A DNA stretch of 63,215 bases, filler included, from Octopus bimaculoides (GCF_001194135.2; 6 parts of 6 records of this genome joined end to end with filler, not necessarily neighbours in it), one strand, 5' to 3'; shown: positions 41,310 to 52,805, counted from the first letter of the whole stretch. The notes: generated from the sequence alone by a model not told the origin. Program-made: numbers and translations.

Positions 41310-41450
41310 TTACGAGGTGGTATCAAAATATTCCCGGACTAGTTTTGTTGCACGCGAATAGGTGGCAGCACACAGTTGCACGCCCGGTGAGCTGGCAGCC
41401 CCATTCATGAATCAGTGCATCGAGTTACATCGCTGTGTTTACTTTTCAAG
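41310..41450 (+). mobile_element. Mariner-like terminal fragment
   Basis: TACGAGGTGGTATCAAAATATTCCCGGACT resembles mariner TIRs beginning TA-CGAGG. Confidence 0.45.
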
Positions 41451-41650
41451 TGGTCAAATTTATATCTTCGTAACACCCCAGTAATATTTAGTGATAGTTG
41501 TAATTCTCCTTTTGGCGAAACATTGCAAGCTACTGTTTATGTTAACTATGTGTATATATATATATATATAATATTATTAGGGACAAAATCCAAAATTGCA
41601 GGTAAAAAACTCAATTAAAATCAATTTATAAAATTGGTTATTTTCCCTAA

Positions 41651-41697
<47 letters not shown>

Positions 41698-42059
41698 TGT
41701 GTGTGTGTGTGTGTGTGTATTTTTGTATGAAGCTTCAGTCCAATGATTGTGGCAATGCAGGGGTGCTGTAATTTAGCTTGCTACACTTTTACTAAAACTC
41801 CTGAGATGTGTGCCATTTGAGGGATGACGGAATTTGACGTTACCGCCTTTATCTGTGTTTCTCGACTTGAGGTAGTTCTATCTGAATTACTTTACAGAAA
41901 GCGATCCAGTTTTTTTTTTTTTTAAGATACTTGTATCCACGCCATGCACGTCTTTCGGGTTTGTGGGAGGATATTGAAGAACTGCGGGCTTTTGAAGCCC
42001 AAGTTGTTGCAGTGGCTGGTTCTATATCCTGATGGAAATGTTGGGATTTTTGGTAATTA

Positions 42060-42835
42060 TGAAGTGGCACCCTGTCCTGCAGGTTATGTAACTGACAATT
42101 CCAATATTTGAAACTAGATCTAGGATTTTCCGGCTTCCCTGCAGGCAGGAGAGAGTCTCAACCTTTTCAGTTTCTCCTAGCTCCTGATAGGGCGCATTGT
42201 GTCAATATTTGCAATATAACTTCGCTTGATCGTCTCGAGTTCCGTACTTAATTTCACACTGTTTGGTGACCACAGTTGGGAGCAGTAATCAAGACGGCCG
42301 AGAATGAATGTCCTCCAGAGGACCATCGATATTTACTTTTCTCTTGTTTTGAAAGTTTGAACGATCCATCAGGCCAAGCGTCTGTATTTTATTGCAAACT
42401 TGATAATATGCACCTGGAAAGATGCGTCATTATTTATGCCGATACCCAGGTCAGGCACTGATTTTGGATCATGAATTAGAATCCCTCCTGGGAAAGTGTA
42501 TCATATCTACTTTTCCTTGAGCTTCCCATGTTGGTAGTGCAGGGCTTTGGAATTTTCCAGCATTACACTGCACGTTATTTTCCTCAGCTGACCTGTATAT
42601 TGCGTCTAACTCACGTTGTAGATACAAAATATCTCAGGGTCTCTGTATCCTCTGAGAGACTTAGGTATCATCTGCATAGATAGCAAGGGTAGTTACTTGA
42701 GCATCTAAGATCGTGCCACACAGGGAAACTATGAAATGTAGAGGCCCAGGACAGTGCTTTGCGGAACACCACTCATTATTTTTGTGTCCTTGGTAGTGGC
42801 TCCATTGACCACCACTACCTGACTTCTATCTTAGA
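42060..42835 (-). mobile_element. CR1/L2-type LINE RT remnant
   Basis: Minus strand reads VVVNGA...SGVPQSTVLG...IYADDT. Confidence 0.75.
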
Positions 42836-43761
42836 GAAAGTCATGTAGCCATTCTCCAAGATTTACAAGTATGTTAACATTTGACAGCTTGTGACAAATC
42901 ATGTTGGTATCTATCTATCATTCCATCTCACACTTATTTTAGTAAATAATATACTGTTAGTTACTTAACGACAAATGTTTGGTTCAAATTTTGGTACTAA
43001 GCCATTAATTTGAAAGGAGAGAATCAGGCCAATAAAAAATGTTATCGACTCGAAAATAAAGTCGATATTGGCGTGAAGTCGGAAGAAATGCCTGCAAGCA
43101 TGTTGCTCGTCACGGTAACGGTTCAGTCAGAACCACCGCCTTTGTTTCACTACAGATACAATAGTGCTTTTTATTGAAGTGGTATGTGGATTAGCATATA
43201 TGTTGTATTCGATTTTAAAATGGAAGTCGCAATACGCCAGGTATCACAACATCCAATGAAGCTTTGTTCCACAATTTTCTTTGTAGAGTGATTGATAAAT
43301 TGTTAATGATAAAATTTGAAGCTAGACACATTGATGCACAAACAGTAAGGATTTAAAGAAAACATAAGGAAGTTCAACCAACGATCTTGGAGAGGGGGTT
43401 GTGAATGTGTTTTCGCGCGAACACATTTTTGTCATTTGACAGTTCAGCCTCTTGGTGAATGATGCTGACACATACACTGGAATTCATTATAAATTATTCA
43501 ATTTGCAAAACCACCAACGCGGAAACAATGTTATGCTGAACATAGTTATAAACAGATTCCATTGGTAAGCTTATGTAGTTAACTTACAAAGGATAACTGA
43601 TTGTTTTGAGCCGGTTTTACATAATGTTTTCAGTGGAACAGAAGATTTTTAGTATGATGTACAGTAGTTTTTGGCATTTTGGCCATAATTTATTACAATT
43701 GTTAACTAAATTATAATCTACTATAAAAATATTTATAATATCCATTGCTTAAGTTGTAAGG

Positions 43762-43845
43762 AACATGTCAAATTCATTTTCTTTACAACCTCATATATAC
43801 ATAAAATGTGTACATTGTGGTTGCGAGAGAAAACATCTGTTTCTA
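43762..43845 (+). promoter_or_regulatory. Putative core promoter of gene A (TATA-like TATATACATAAAA at 43794-43806)
   Basis: Block AACATGTCAAAT...AACCTCATATATA...TAAAAT...GGTTGCGAGAGAA.ACATCTGT is conserved with 52672-52752. Confidence 0.5.
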
Positions 43846-43926
43846 TCTACTTCGTGAATATCAGAGATAATTATGTTTATGAGACAATATCCTACAAGCA
43901 GCTTGACATTAAGGAAACTGCTCGGA

Positions 43927-43963
43927 ATGAAGGTTTTCATCTTTATTTCGCTTCTTATTGTTG
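43927..43963 (+). CDS. Gene A exon 1 (signal peptide MKVFIFISLLIV)
   Basis: 37 nt ending at donor G|GTACGT; homologous to 52769-52805. Confidence 0.82.
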
Positions 43964-46900
43964 GTACGTAACCAAGTATCTAATTTAAATGAACATTCTA
44001 TGGCTTATGTATCTAGTATGCCTAACGGATTCAGTCCAAAAATAACTATATACTCATTTATTAACATATCTCGTTATTTAATCACCTCCATTTCCCTACA
44101 CCTGACATTATTTGCTAACCCACAGTTCAATCTCACAAACTATGTTCTCAGTTTATACTTCTATTGAATTGCAAACATACACACTCAATTTTTTAAAAAC
44201 TTACCATCTTTCGGTTTATGAATCTGACCCTGTAGCTAAAAATATATCTGCAAACACAAAAGGATTGATGAGTAATGACATTTTTCGCAGCATCCGCTTC
44301 GGGTACATGCATATTGAATAACAATATTACCAACAATAACGTGTAATTTTGCACAATATTTTATATGACGTTACGAGAGAAATTCGAGGTTAGGAATTTG
44401 AGAAAACATATATATCTTGTTTTATTGCAATGTAAGAGTTAAAACAGTGTGATTTTTGCATACATATAATTATCTAGGTTTAACTTTCAAAGTTCCAAAA
44501 TAGACAGGAGCGTTATATACACCACAAAACACGCACCCACGGAGATAGATGGGATGTACCGGGCATTCTCTGGGACAACGTGTTTTCACCTTATACGTCT
44601 TACGTCAACGGGATGAAGCGTTGCAAGTTATGCATAGCTGAACGCTCTGGAATCGTAAATGACTTGCTCGAATCAGGGAGCATCCTTACCTCCAGAACGG
44701 AGATTTTGAAGCCATCTTTACATTTCAGGATATTCCTGCCAGTGTTTTGAAGCCCGAAACATGGCGACAACCCGGAAGTCGATAGCCAATGGCAAAAGGA
44801 GATAATCTTGTTGTTTACTTTTGTAGGGAAGCTTTCCCCCTCCATTTTTGAATAGGTATTAGGCCAATAGCTTTCGGGGTCTAATGATACGCCATGTATG
44901 TACGTATGTATGTATGTATATATTATGTATGTATGAATGAGTGAATGTATGTTATCTTATTTTTGTAAATTTGTCGTTAAAGGTAATTCAGCATATCAGA
45001 TCGTTCATATGTTTTTAAGGATTCAAGTAAAAGAGATTACAAAGATTCTAGTTACAGGGTTATTTTAATTCCAGATTTTAGTTGGTCGTGTGGATTGAAT
45101 CATTCGTTATACTACCTGACGAATGGAGAGAAAATGAACTCTGATGTCGTTTATATTATTCCTGGTTATATGCAGTAAACGATATCCATTTATTCACATA
45201 AATTTAGAACAATGCAACGCGGAGGTTGAAGTTCTCTCGTATATTCTCTATGCGTATACTCATTACAAACTCGAGAGATACAATATTTAATGCTGAATCT
45301 ATATTAAATAATATTTTACGAGTTGTAATACAAGAAATTAATATTTAAAATCATTTTTAAAATTCGCATATATTAATCAACTACAGAATAATAAATATGT
45401 GGCGACGTAGCCAAACGTCAAGGGATCGCTTTGTCAAAAAGGTTTTCATATCAAGATGAAGTAAAGGACTAAACAACTTCTTTATTGCATACAGAAGTTA
45501 AAAAGCAACTGAACTTCGACAAAATTTCGATAATTTCTTGCCTTCTAAATAGTCATGTCTATAATCTTTTTAATTACTATGTAACTAGATCTTCATATAC
45601 CTACCAAGGCAATTAAATAAAATACTCAGCTTTCTTATCACTGAATATACTAACTATATTCCACTGAGGATTACATTTTTATGCTATGTTTTATATCTAT
45701 GAGCTACTAACATTAATCTAAAATTTTAGGTGCTGATGGAGCATCGACGTGCACTGTAAAAGCAAATGCTTATTGCCCGCAGGCGAAGATGTCTTTTAAT
45801 GAAATGGTACTAGCGGAAGACTTCTGCAAGTATAACGAATTCAATTCTACAATTAATTTTTAACGCACGCACGCACAGACATATACAAACAGGCTTCTTT
45901 TTGTTTCCGTCTACGAAATCCACCCTCAAAGGTTTGGTCGGCAAGATGCTACAGTAGAACAGATTTCCACAACTTTTCTTGCAGTTGGACTGAACCTGGA
46001 ACTGCGTGGTTGGAAAGCAACATTCACACCACACAACCACGCCTGCACCTCCTGTTTATTTCTGTGATCCTTTCTGTAGAAGAGCCTAGCCTCGAAACGT
46101 AAAAGACTTTCTCATTTCCCGAGCGCAAATCTAATACGTATGTTTGTTGTTTACATACCCGTCTTCGTCTTTTGCTTTTTGTAAATTCTCACTATATATA
46201 TAAATATATATATATATATATGTATGTATAAATATGTTTATTTCCCCATTTTATTTAACATTTGTATGGAAAATATACTTATATTTCGTTTTATTGTAAT
46301 TATCTTTAATTCGTGAGGTTTTAGTGGCTTAATTCCTACATCACTACATTCTGCAAATATCTCCCAATTTTTAAAAATATTCTCCTACAAGAAAAATACG
46401 TGTCCATAATTGATATGTAACCCCATCAACCTGATTTTCTCTGCTCCGTGACGTTACTAGTGGCATAGGTTGGTGTGTTTTTGTACGCATTGTCTATAGC
46501 GATAACATTGTCTATAGCGATAACATCCGCGACATTTGCTCAAAAAAAAGATCTTCCTCATTTTAGTGCACTTGAACCTGTTCAATATAATATTCTCGAC
46601 TGGATCTTCATTTCTCCTACTCAAACCATAAAATCCATAAGAGATTTCATTTTCAAACATAGAAGTGTATATGACAAGAACACTGAAAGACACAAGCATT
46701 ACATGTATTACACTTTGTTTTCAATTGCTATTGTTCAGGATTTACTGGAGCTATGAACCATGTTTAGACATGATCGACGATTACTGTGCTGGATATTTTG
46801 ATTACTACTTCAGGAACAGGTGTCCGGTAATATATATTTCATATTTCATACCATGAACCAAACAACAATATGAGTGATAATTTGATTTGTTCAAAGCAAA

Positions 46901-49900
46901 ATAAAAGTTCTGCCCCCACCTCCCTCGACATCCCTTCCATTTTCTTTTAAATACATACACGCTTATACACACTCACACACACACAGATAACACAGACACA
47001 CATAGTTTATTTGTGCAATCGTCTACACCTATGTTAAAACGGTTGGACAATGAAAACTACAACTGTAAAATTCACCCACTATTGTTTATGTGCTTATTGG
47101 TTTTTTCCCCCGAAGACATCTTGGGGTTCAATGACAAAAATGCGTGTCATATGATTTGCTTAATTTCCAGAAAACAGGACACTATTTGGAAATCATGGGA
47201 CTACAGAACGATCAAAGACATTATACATATTTTGTTTCATCTTCTCGTATAAAAATGCTTGGTGTAACAGAAACCTTGTTCGGCGAACAGGAATTTATCT
47301 TTTATTCTAAAATATTTATTTAAACTTTAAAAATTTCGCTTTACATCATATTCAATTTTTGTTTCAGAAGTTATCTGAAAAGAATTCTGGCAACCAAAAT
47401 GAAGTACGTAACATTATGGGAAAATACGGGTTTAATTCTATCGTGATGTCCTAATAAAACTCCNNNNNNNNNNNNNNNNNNNNNNNNNNNNNNNNNNNNN
47501 NNNNNNNNNNNNNNNNNNNNNNNNNNNNNNNNNNNNNNNNNNNNNNNNNNNNNNNNNNNNNNNNNNNNNNNNNNNNNNNNNNNNNNNNNNNNNNNNNNNN
47601 NNNNNNNNNNNNNNNNNNNNNNNNNNNNNNNNNNNNNNNNNNNNNNNNNNNNNNNNNNNNNNNNNNNNNNNNNNNNNNNNNNNNNNNNNNNNNNNNNNNN
47701 NNNNNNNNNNNNNNNNNNNNNNNNNNNNNNNNNNNNNNNNNNNNNNNNNNNNNNNNNNNNNNNNNNNNNNNNNNNNNNNNNNNNNNNNNNNNNNNNNNNN
47801 NNNNNNNNNNNNNNNNNNNNNNNNNNNNNNNNNNNNNNNNNNNNNNNNNNNNNNNNNNNNNNNNNNNNNNNNNNNNNNNNNNNNNNNNNNNNNNNNNNNN
47901 NNNNNNNNNNNNNNNNNNNNNNNNNNNNNNNNNNNNNNNNNNNNNNNNNNNNNNNNNNNNNNNNNNNNNNNNNNNNNNNNNNNNNNNNNNNNNNNNNNNN
48001 NNNNNTTTACATGAAATAAATTCGAATACAAAAATATTTTTCTGTTCTATAACACAAAATAGATAAGCATACGAAGTTTGAAAGTCTTTCGGTACCAAAA
48101 ACACTACGTAAAACATTAATGAAAAATGTGGCCCCCGTTTTAAAAAAGATCCGGAATTTATCTTTTATTTTAAAATATTTATTTAAATTTTAAAAAATTC
48201 ACTTTACGTTATTTTAAATTTTTGTTTCAGAATTTACATAAAAAGAAGCTTTCTATAGGCAAAATAAAGTACGTAACATTATGGGAAAATACGGGTTTAA
48301 TTCTATCGTGATGTCCTAATAAAACTCCTAAGAATTTTGCTCAGTGTGTCAACACTAGCAGACTCTTGATAATGATGGACAATGCGATATCTCCTATTCA
48401 ATGTCTATGATAAAGTACAGAGCTGCGATATGTGTGTGTTATTGTAGTTTTGTGATCATTATTGACGATATCCTAGGAAATGTGTTTTATTCAGGAATTT
48501 CAACCATGTTTCGTGGTCTGCTACCACAACAGCTCCTTTATAGGATCCAGTTAGCTCAAGACATCATCAGGAGGAACCACGTCCAGTTTCGGCCCCTACT
48601 CATCTACCGTTTTGACGTGGCNNNNNNNNNNNNNNNNNNNNNNNNNNNNNNNNNNNCCCCCCCCCCCTTTCGGAGGTGTCTTCAGCTCTGGTGTTGGATG
48701 CATGTCTTCTTTCTTCTATTCCCTGGCCTCTTCGATGCAGCATCAACGAATGTCACAGATAACACAGACACACATAGTTTATTTGTGCAATCGTCTCCAC
48801 CTATGTTAAAACGGTTGGACAATGAAAACTGTTGAATTCACCGACTGTTTTTTATGTGCTTATTGGTTTTTTCCCCCGAAGACATCTTGGGGTTCAATGA
48901 CATAAATGCGTGTCATATGATTTGCTTAATTTCCAGAAAACAGGACACTATTTGGAAATCATGGGACTACAGAACGATCAAAGACATTATACATATTTTG
49001 TTTCATCTTCTCGTATAAAAATGTTTGGTGTAACAGAAACCTTGTTCGGCGAACAAGAATTTATCTTTTATTTTAAAATATTTATTTAAACTTTAAAAAT
49101 TTCGCTTTACATCATATTCAATTTTTGTTTCAGAAGTTATCTGAAAAGAATTCTGGCAACCAAAATGAAGTACGTAACATTATGGGAAAATACGGGTTTA
49201 ATTCTATCGTGATGTACTAATAAAACTCTTAAGAATTTTGCTCAGTGTGTCAACACTAGCAGACACTTGATAATGATGGACAATGCAATATCTCCTATTC
49301 AATGTCTATGATAAAGTACAGATCTGCGATATGTGTGTGTTATTGTAGTTTTGTGATCATTATTGACGATATCATAGGAAATGTGTTTTATTCAAATCCT
49401 TTTAATGCTTCACTAACTGTAGTGGAGGTGTAATACTGCAAAATGTTTAATATTTATGTGTATTATATTCAGTATTCAATATGGGTTAGCTGCATTAATC
49501 TATAATTTTGAAAACAATTGAAATGAATGCAACATTCTATGAATATGCAATGGAAAGTTATAAAAATTATCGTAAACAAATTATTATTATCAGTAGCATT
49601 AATGTTATCATCTTTATCAATACTAACGACGGACTCAATAGTCGAAGACGACGTACGGGTCTTCAGCTTTCGCTGAAAGACCTGTATAAATGATTCGTAT
49701 ATAGTAATCAAATTTATGTGTTGTGCATTACATCACGTCATGCATGAAACAGACGTTGTCACAACAGTTGCATGGTGTACAACACGTGTAAAGCAACACC
49801 AGTTGATGTTTTGCTCAAGAGCACACCGCGCCTCAAATCTAGGAATTAAAACCAGGACCTCGCGATAGGCGATAATATTAATAATAATTATTTCTCCTTA

Positions 49901-50124
49901 ATCCCTTCCCTCAAAGTGTTTTTCGCATATATCATCGCAAATACGATTAATAATTTAAAGCAGTCTATCAAATTTATCGAATGTAGATTAATATATCATG
50001 CGTAGTTTAAAAAAAAGACTCCTATAAATAATGTTAACTAACATTCTTTTCTTATTTTTTACAGGTGATATTGGTAAATGTGTTGATTACTGCAAGTTTA
50101 ATTACGTTAATTCAGTGTATGTAA
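43927..50124 (+). CDS. Gene A: spliced gene for a small secreted six-cysteine protein with a hydrophobic C-terminal tail (putative GPI anchor), ~106 aa
   Basis: Hand-assembled exons 43927-43963, 45730-45829, 46739-46826, 47368-47403 (or its duplicate 49134-49169) and 50065-50124. All introns are GT-AG with compatible phases 1,2,0,0. Translation: MKVFIFISLLIVGADGASTCTVKANAYCPQAKMSFNEMVLAEDFCKIYWSYEPCLDMIDDYCAGYFDYYFRNRCPKLSEKNSGNQNEVILVNVLITASLITLIQCM*. Paralogue B has the same phases and the same lengths for exons 1, 2, 3 and 5. AATAAA at 50172-50177. Confidence 0.82.
44550..44760 (+). mobile_element. Penelope-like GIY-YIG endonuclease C-terminal remnant in gene A intron 1
   Basis: FSPYTSYVNGMKRCKLCIAERSGIVNDLLESGSILTSRTEIL resembles the PLE motif PY...KRCxLCxxEK...LNxRxE. 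Confidence 0.55.
45730..45829 (+). CDS. Gene A exon 2 (ADGASTCTVKANAYCPQAKMSFNEMVLAEDFC)
   Basis: Acceptor TTTTAG|, donor AA|GTATAA, 100 nt; same length and phase as 53849-53948. Confidence 0.85.
46070..46105 (+). ncRNA. Degenerate minimal hammerhead motif, second family, in gene A intron 2 (repeat ~46055-46200)
   Basis: CTTT CTGTAGA A GAGC CTAG CCTC GAAA CGTA AAAG; same repeat as 7395-7570. Confidence 0.5.
46739..46826 (+). CDS. Gene A exon 3 (IYWSYEPCLDMIDDYCAGYFDYYFRNRCP)
   Basis: Acceptor TTGTTCAG|, donor CCG|GTAATA, 88 nt; same length and phase as 56843-56930. Confidence 0.85.
47368..47403 (+). CDS. Gene A exon 4 copy a (KLSEKNSGNQNE)
   Basis: Acceptor TTTTTGTTTCAG|, donor GAA|GTACGT, 36 nt, phase 0-0; positional homologue of gene B exon 57412-57459. 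Confidence 0.7.
48231..48268 (+). pseudogene. Gene A exon 4 copy b, diverged 38-nt variant (frameshifting if included)
   Basis: Same acceptor TTTTTGTTTCAG| and donor GTACGTAACATTATGGG context as copies a and c, but 38 nt and diverged in sequence. Confidence 0.55.
49134..49169 (+). CDS. Gene A exon 4 copy c (KLSEKNSGNQNE)
   Basis: Identical 36-nt exon inside a near-identical duplicated block (48754-49228 vs 46982-47463). Confidence 0.65.
50065..50124 (+). CDS. Gene A exon 5 (hydrophobic tail VILVNVLITASLITLIQCM*)
   Basis: Strong acceptor TTCTTTTCTTATTTTTTACAG|; homologous to 58526-58585, with the stop at the same codon (20th). Confidence 0.72.
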   Translation: MILVNVLITASLITLIQCM

Positions 50125-50722
50125 ATATATATATAAATTGGGTTGGTGCATAATTATTGCAGCTTGCTTTCAATAAAGACCATATCAACATTTAAGAAAG
50201 AAACATCTTTAAATAACGTTCTGACCGTCTGCCAAGCAAATGGGGAGCAGTAATCGAAGTAAATGGTGAATATGCTCCGAATAATCATTTAAAGATGTAT
50301 TTTGTTGCATATTGTTATTGTTTTTGTTGAATAAAATTTGTTGAATAAAAGTCGCAATAAATGTCCTATAATATATAAATGTATATATATACTTTATTAA
50401 TAAAGCTGTGTCATCAAGAAAAGTGTTACTCAGAGTTTCACATTCCTGTTCAACAGGAAGTTAAAACTCTGAGTAACAGTTTTTGCGATGACTTTGAAAA
50501 TATTTTCTTAAAGCATATTACCCTACATCCGGCATTCGAGTACTATTTTTTCAGCCCCTTTTTACATTTATGTGCTTACTCTGGTATATATACATAGATA
50601 ACAGCAAGTATTGCGTAAATTTTTACTTAGATCTTCTGCGTAAAATGGCGTTGCTACCACAATTGTAACTGATCATTAAAGACCTCTTAAAATATTTTTG
50701 TCTTATTCTCGGCATTATATAT

Positions 50723-50753
<31 letters not shown>

Positions 50754-50923
50754 CATAGGAAATTGAGTAGGGTAGCATTCACTACCAAATAAGTAACTTC
50801 CAACGAGGCAGCTTTCCTACTATAATATCTCTTCGCAAAAGATATTTACCATAAAGATGGATCCAGAACATTATTTACATTATTTACATTTGACGGATAT
50901 TTGTCCTCATCTTGTTTGTTGTT

Positions 50924-50969
50924 AACACAACGCATCGGCTGACACATCGTCCAGCCTTCATCAGGTGTC
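50924..50969 (-). ncRNA. Degenerate hammerhead ribozyme motif, same family (GAAA->GAUG)
   Basis: Reverse complement reads GACAC CTGATGA A GGCTG GACGATGTGT CAGCC GATG CGTT GTGTT. Confidence 0.6.
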
Positions 50970-51029
50970 TTGGGGAAATTTTCGAAACCTGCGTTCTCAT
51001 TCCTTACCTATTTTTCGATGTTGTTGTTG

Positions 51030-51102
<73 letters not shown>

Positions 51103-51161
51103 GTCCGTGGGACATATGGCGTAGTGTTTAAGAGCGCGGGCTACTAACATCAAGTTTCCGA

Positions 51162-51220
<59 letters not shown>

Positions 51221-51424
51221 TGATAAGTAATAATAAATACATAATTTACCTGTGAATTTGCGTGTGTAAACTGGGAATGCATACAACGAGTTTCTCTGCC
51301 CCAGGTGTACGGAAAACACTTGGCGAGAAATGGAAGAAAATTTGAAGAAAGAAAAAAATAATAATAATAACAATGACATCGAAAATACCTTAGGAATGAG
51401 AACTCAGGTTCGAAATTTCCCCAA

Positions 51425-51470
51425 GACACCTGATGAAGGCTGGACGGTGTATCAGCCGAAGCGTTGTGTT
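51425..51470 (+). ncRNA. Hammerhead ribozyme motif, same family, GAAA->GAAG core change
   Basis: GACAC CTGATGA A GGCTG GACGGTGTAT CAGCC GAAG CGTT GTGTT. Confidence 0.65.
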
Positions 51471-52671
51471 AACAACAAACAAGATGAGGACAAATATCTG
51501 TCATATGTGAATAACGTAAATAATATACATAAGTCCTCATCTCTTAAATATAGGAAAGTATGGATCCAGAAGTATTTGTCATTCCTTCTTCGCCGACGAC
51601 CTGAGATTCAATCGACAGCATAAAAAAAAATTGGAACTTATATGACCCAAGTTTCTACAGACGTTCGGATGAAATTTGGTGATTCCAAATGCGCATTTTA
51701 AACAATAAATTGCGGGAGAGTTCTGCACTCCTTGGCACATATAGCACTGAGAATTTTATCAATAGAACTTCTAGTCATGTGATAACTATGGGTATCTTGG
51801 ACAAGAGAATCATGGCAAATATGAATGACCCATGCATAAAGAAAGGGCCAACAATGAATAATGATTTCAGGAATTAATCTCCGGAGAATAACGAAAATAT
51901 GTCTATCAGAACTCTCGACTTATAAAATATTGTGGGAATTTTACTTGTTATATCTTGAAAAGGAAAGTCGACCCTCTTCTGCAGTCGGAAGAAATACTGT
52001 TTAGCGTGTTGCCCGGCACACTAACAATACTCACAACTAAACACAAATATAAAATGCATTTTATTGCACTGATGAGAATATGGATTAACAATTTCGCTGG
52101 ATTCCATTTTATAATGGAAGTTGCAATGCTTCATACAAGTAGTCATTGTATTATAGCTAACATTCTAGATTGATGGGTACTTTGATAATGAAACAAATCT
52201 GACACTACACATATCGAAACATGAGCTGTACGAATTTGAAAAAAAACAAAAAACAAAAAACAAGACTATGTAACATATCAATCTAGATGAGAAGTGGTGG
52301 AGAAGTAGCATGTGAGAGCACCTTAATCGTTATCAGTTCGGCCTGTTGAAGAATAATATAACACATGTGCTGGAATTCTTCAAGAATTATTCGACTTATA
52401 TAACTGCCAGCACCAGAACAACGTTCCACAAAGCGTAGTTAGAGAGCTTCTCCAGTATATGCGTATATAATTCACTAACAGAGAAAGACTGGTTATTTTG
52501 AAAAAGTTTTACATAACAATTTCAGTGAAAGAGTTCTTTTCTTCATTTCTTCAAATGATGTATGATGTATGTAAGCTTTTGGCATTCTGTCAATATTTTA
52601 TTACAATATTTGACGCAATTCCAATTCAGAGCAAATATGCTTTGTTAGTATCCCCTGGTTAGCCGTAGGCA

Positions 52672-52752
52672 AACATGTCAAATATATTATCTCTTTCAAC
52701 CTCATATATATAAAATTCGTAATTTTTGGTTGCGAGAGAATACATCTGTGTC
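52672..52752 (+). promoter_or_regulatory. Putative core promoter of gene B (TATATAAAA at 52707-52715)
   Basis: TATA-like box ~55 nt upstream of the ATG, in a block conserved with the gene A upstream region. Confidence 0.55.
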
Positions 52753-52768
52753 CATCAAATTGTCCAGA

Positions 52769-52805
52769 ATGAAGGTTTTCATGTTCATGTCGCTTCTTGT
52801 GGTTG
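52769..52805 (+). CDS. Gene B exon 1 (signal peptide [12 protein letters not shown])
   Basis: 37 nt, donor G|GTATGT. Confidence 0.82.

Larger units (their letters stand above)
46982..49394 (+). repeat. Internal triplication of the exon-4 region of gene A
   Basis: 46982-47463 matches 48754-49228 with few substitutions and one indel; ~48160-48493 matches ~49062-49394. Confidence 0.85.
50872..51535. mobile_element. Inverted pair of hammerhead modules around a truncated tRNA-like head (51102-51163)
   Basis: Minus-strand module 50872-~51100 with (TAT)n; plus-strand head ATGGCGTAGTGTTTAAGAGCGCGGGCTACTAAC; (AAT)n; plus-strand module ~51357-51535. Confidence 0.6.

Noticed and set aside
46475-46756. 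93-aa ORF MFLYALSIAITLSIAITSATFAQ... that looks like a secreted protein
   Set aside because: It lies in gene A intron 2 and overlaps exon 3 out of frame. Its apparent signal peptide comes from a short tandem duplication (TTGTCTATAGCGATAACA x2), and the homologous intron of gene B lacks the ORF.
47170-47252. Conserved CAG|GACACTAT... block in intron 3 of both genes as a possible extra exon
   Set aside because: In phase 0 it stops after 8 codons in gene B and has no convincing donor; it is better explained as residual intron homology.
50065-50095. Alternative phase-1 reading of the last exon (DIGKCVDYC / DIDKSADYC)
   Set aside because: The preceding exon ends in phase 0 in both genes, only one Cys is shared, and the downstream donors (GTTTAA, GTCTAA) are poor.
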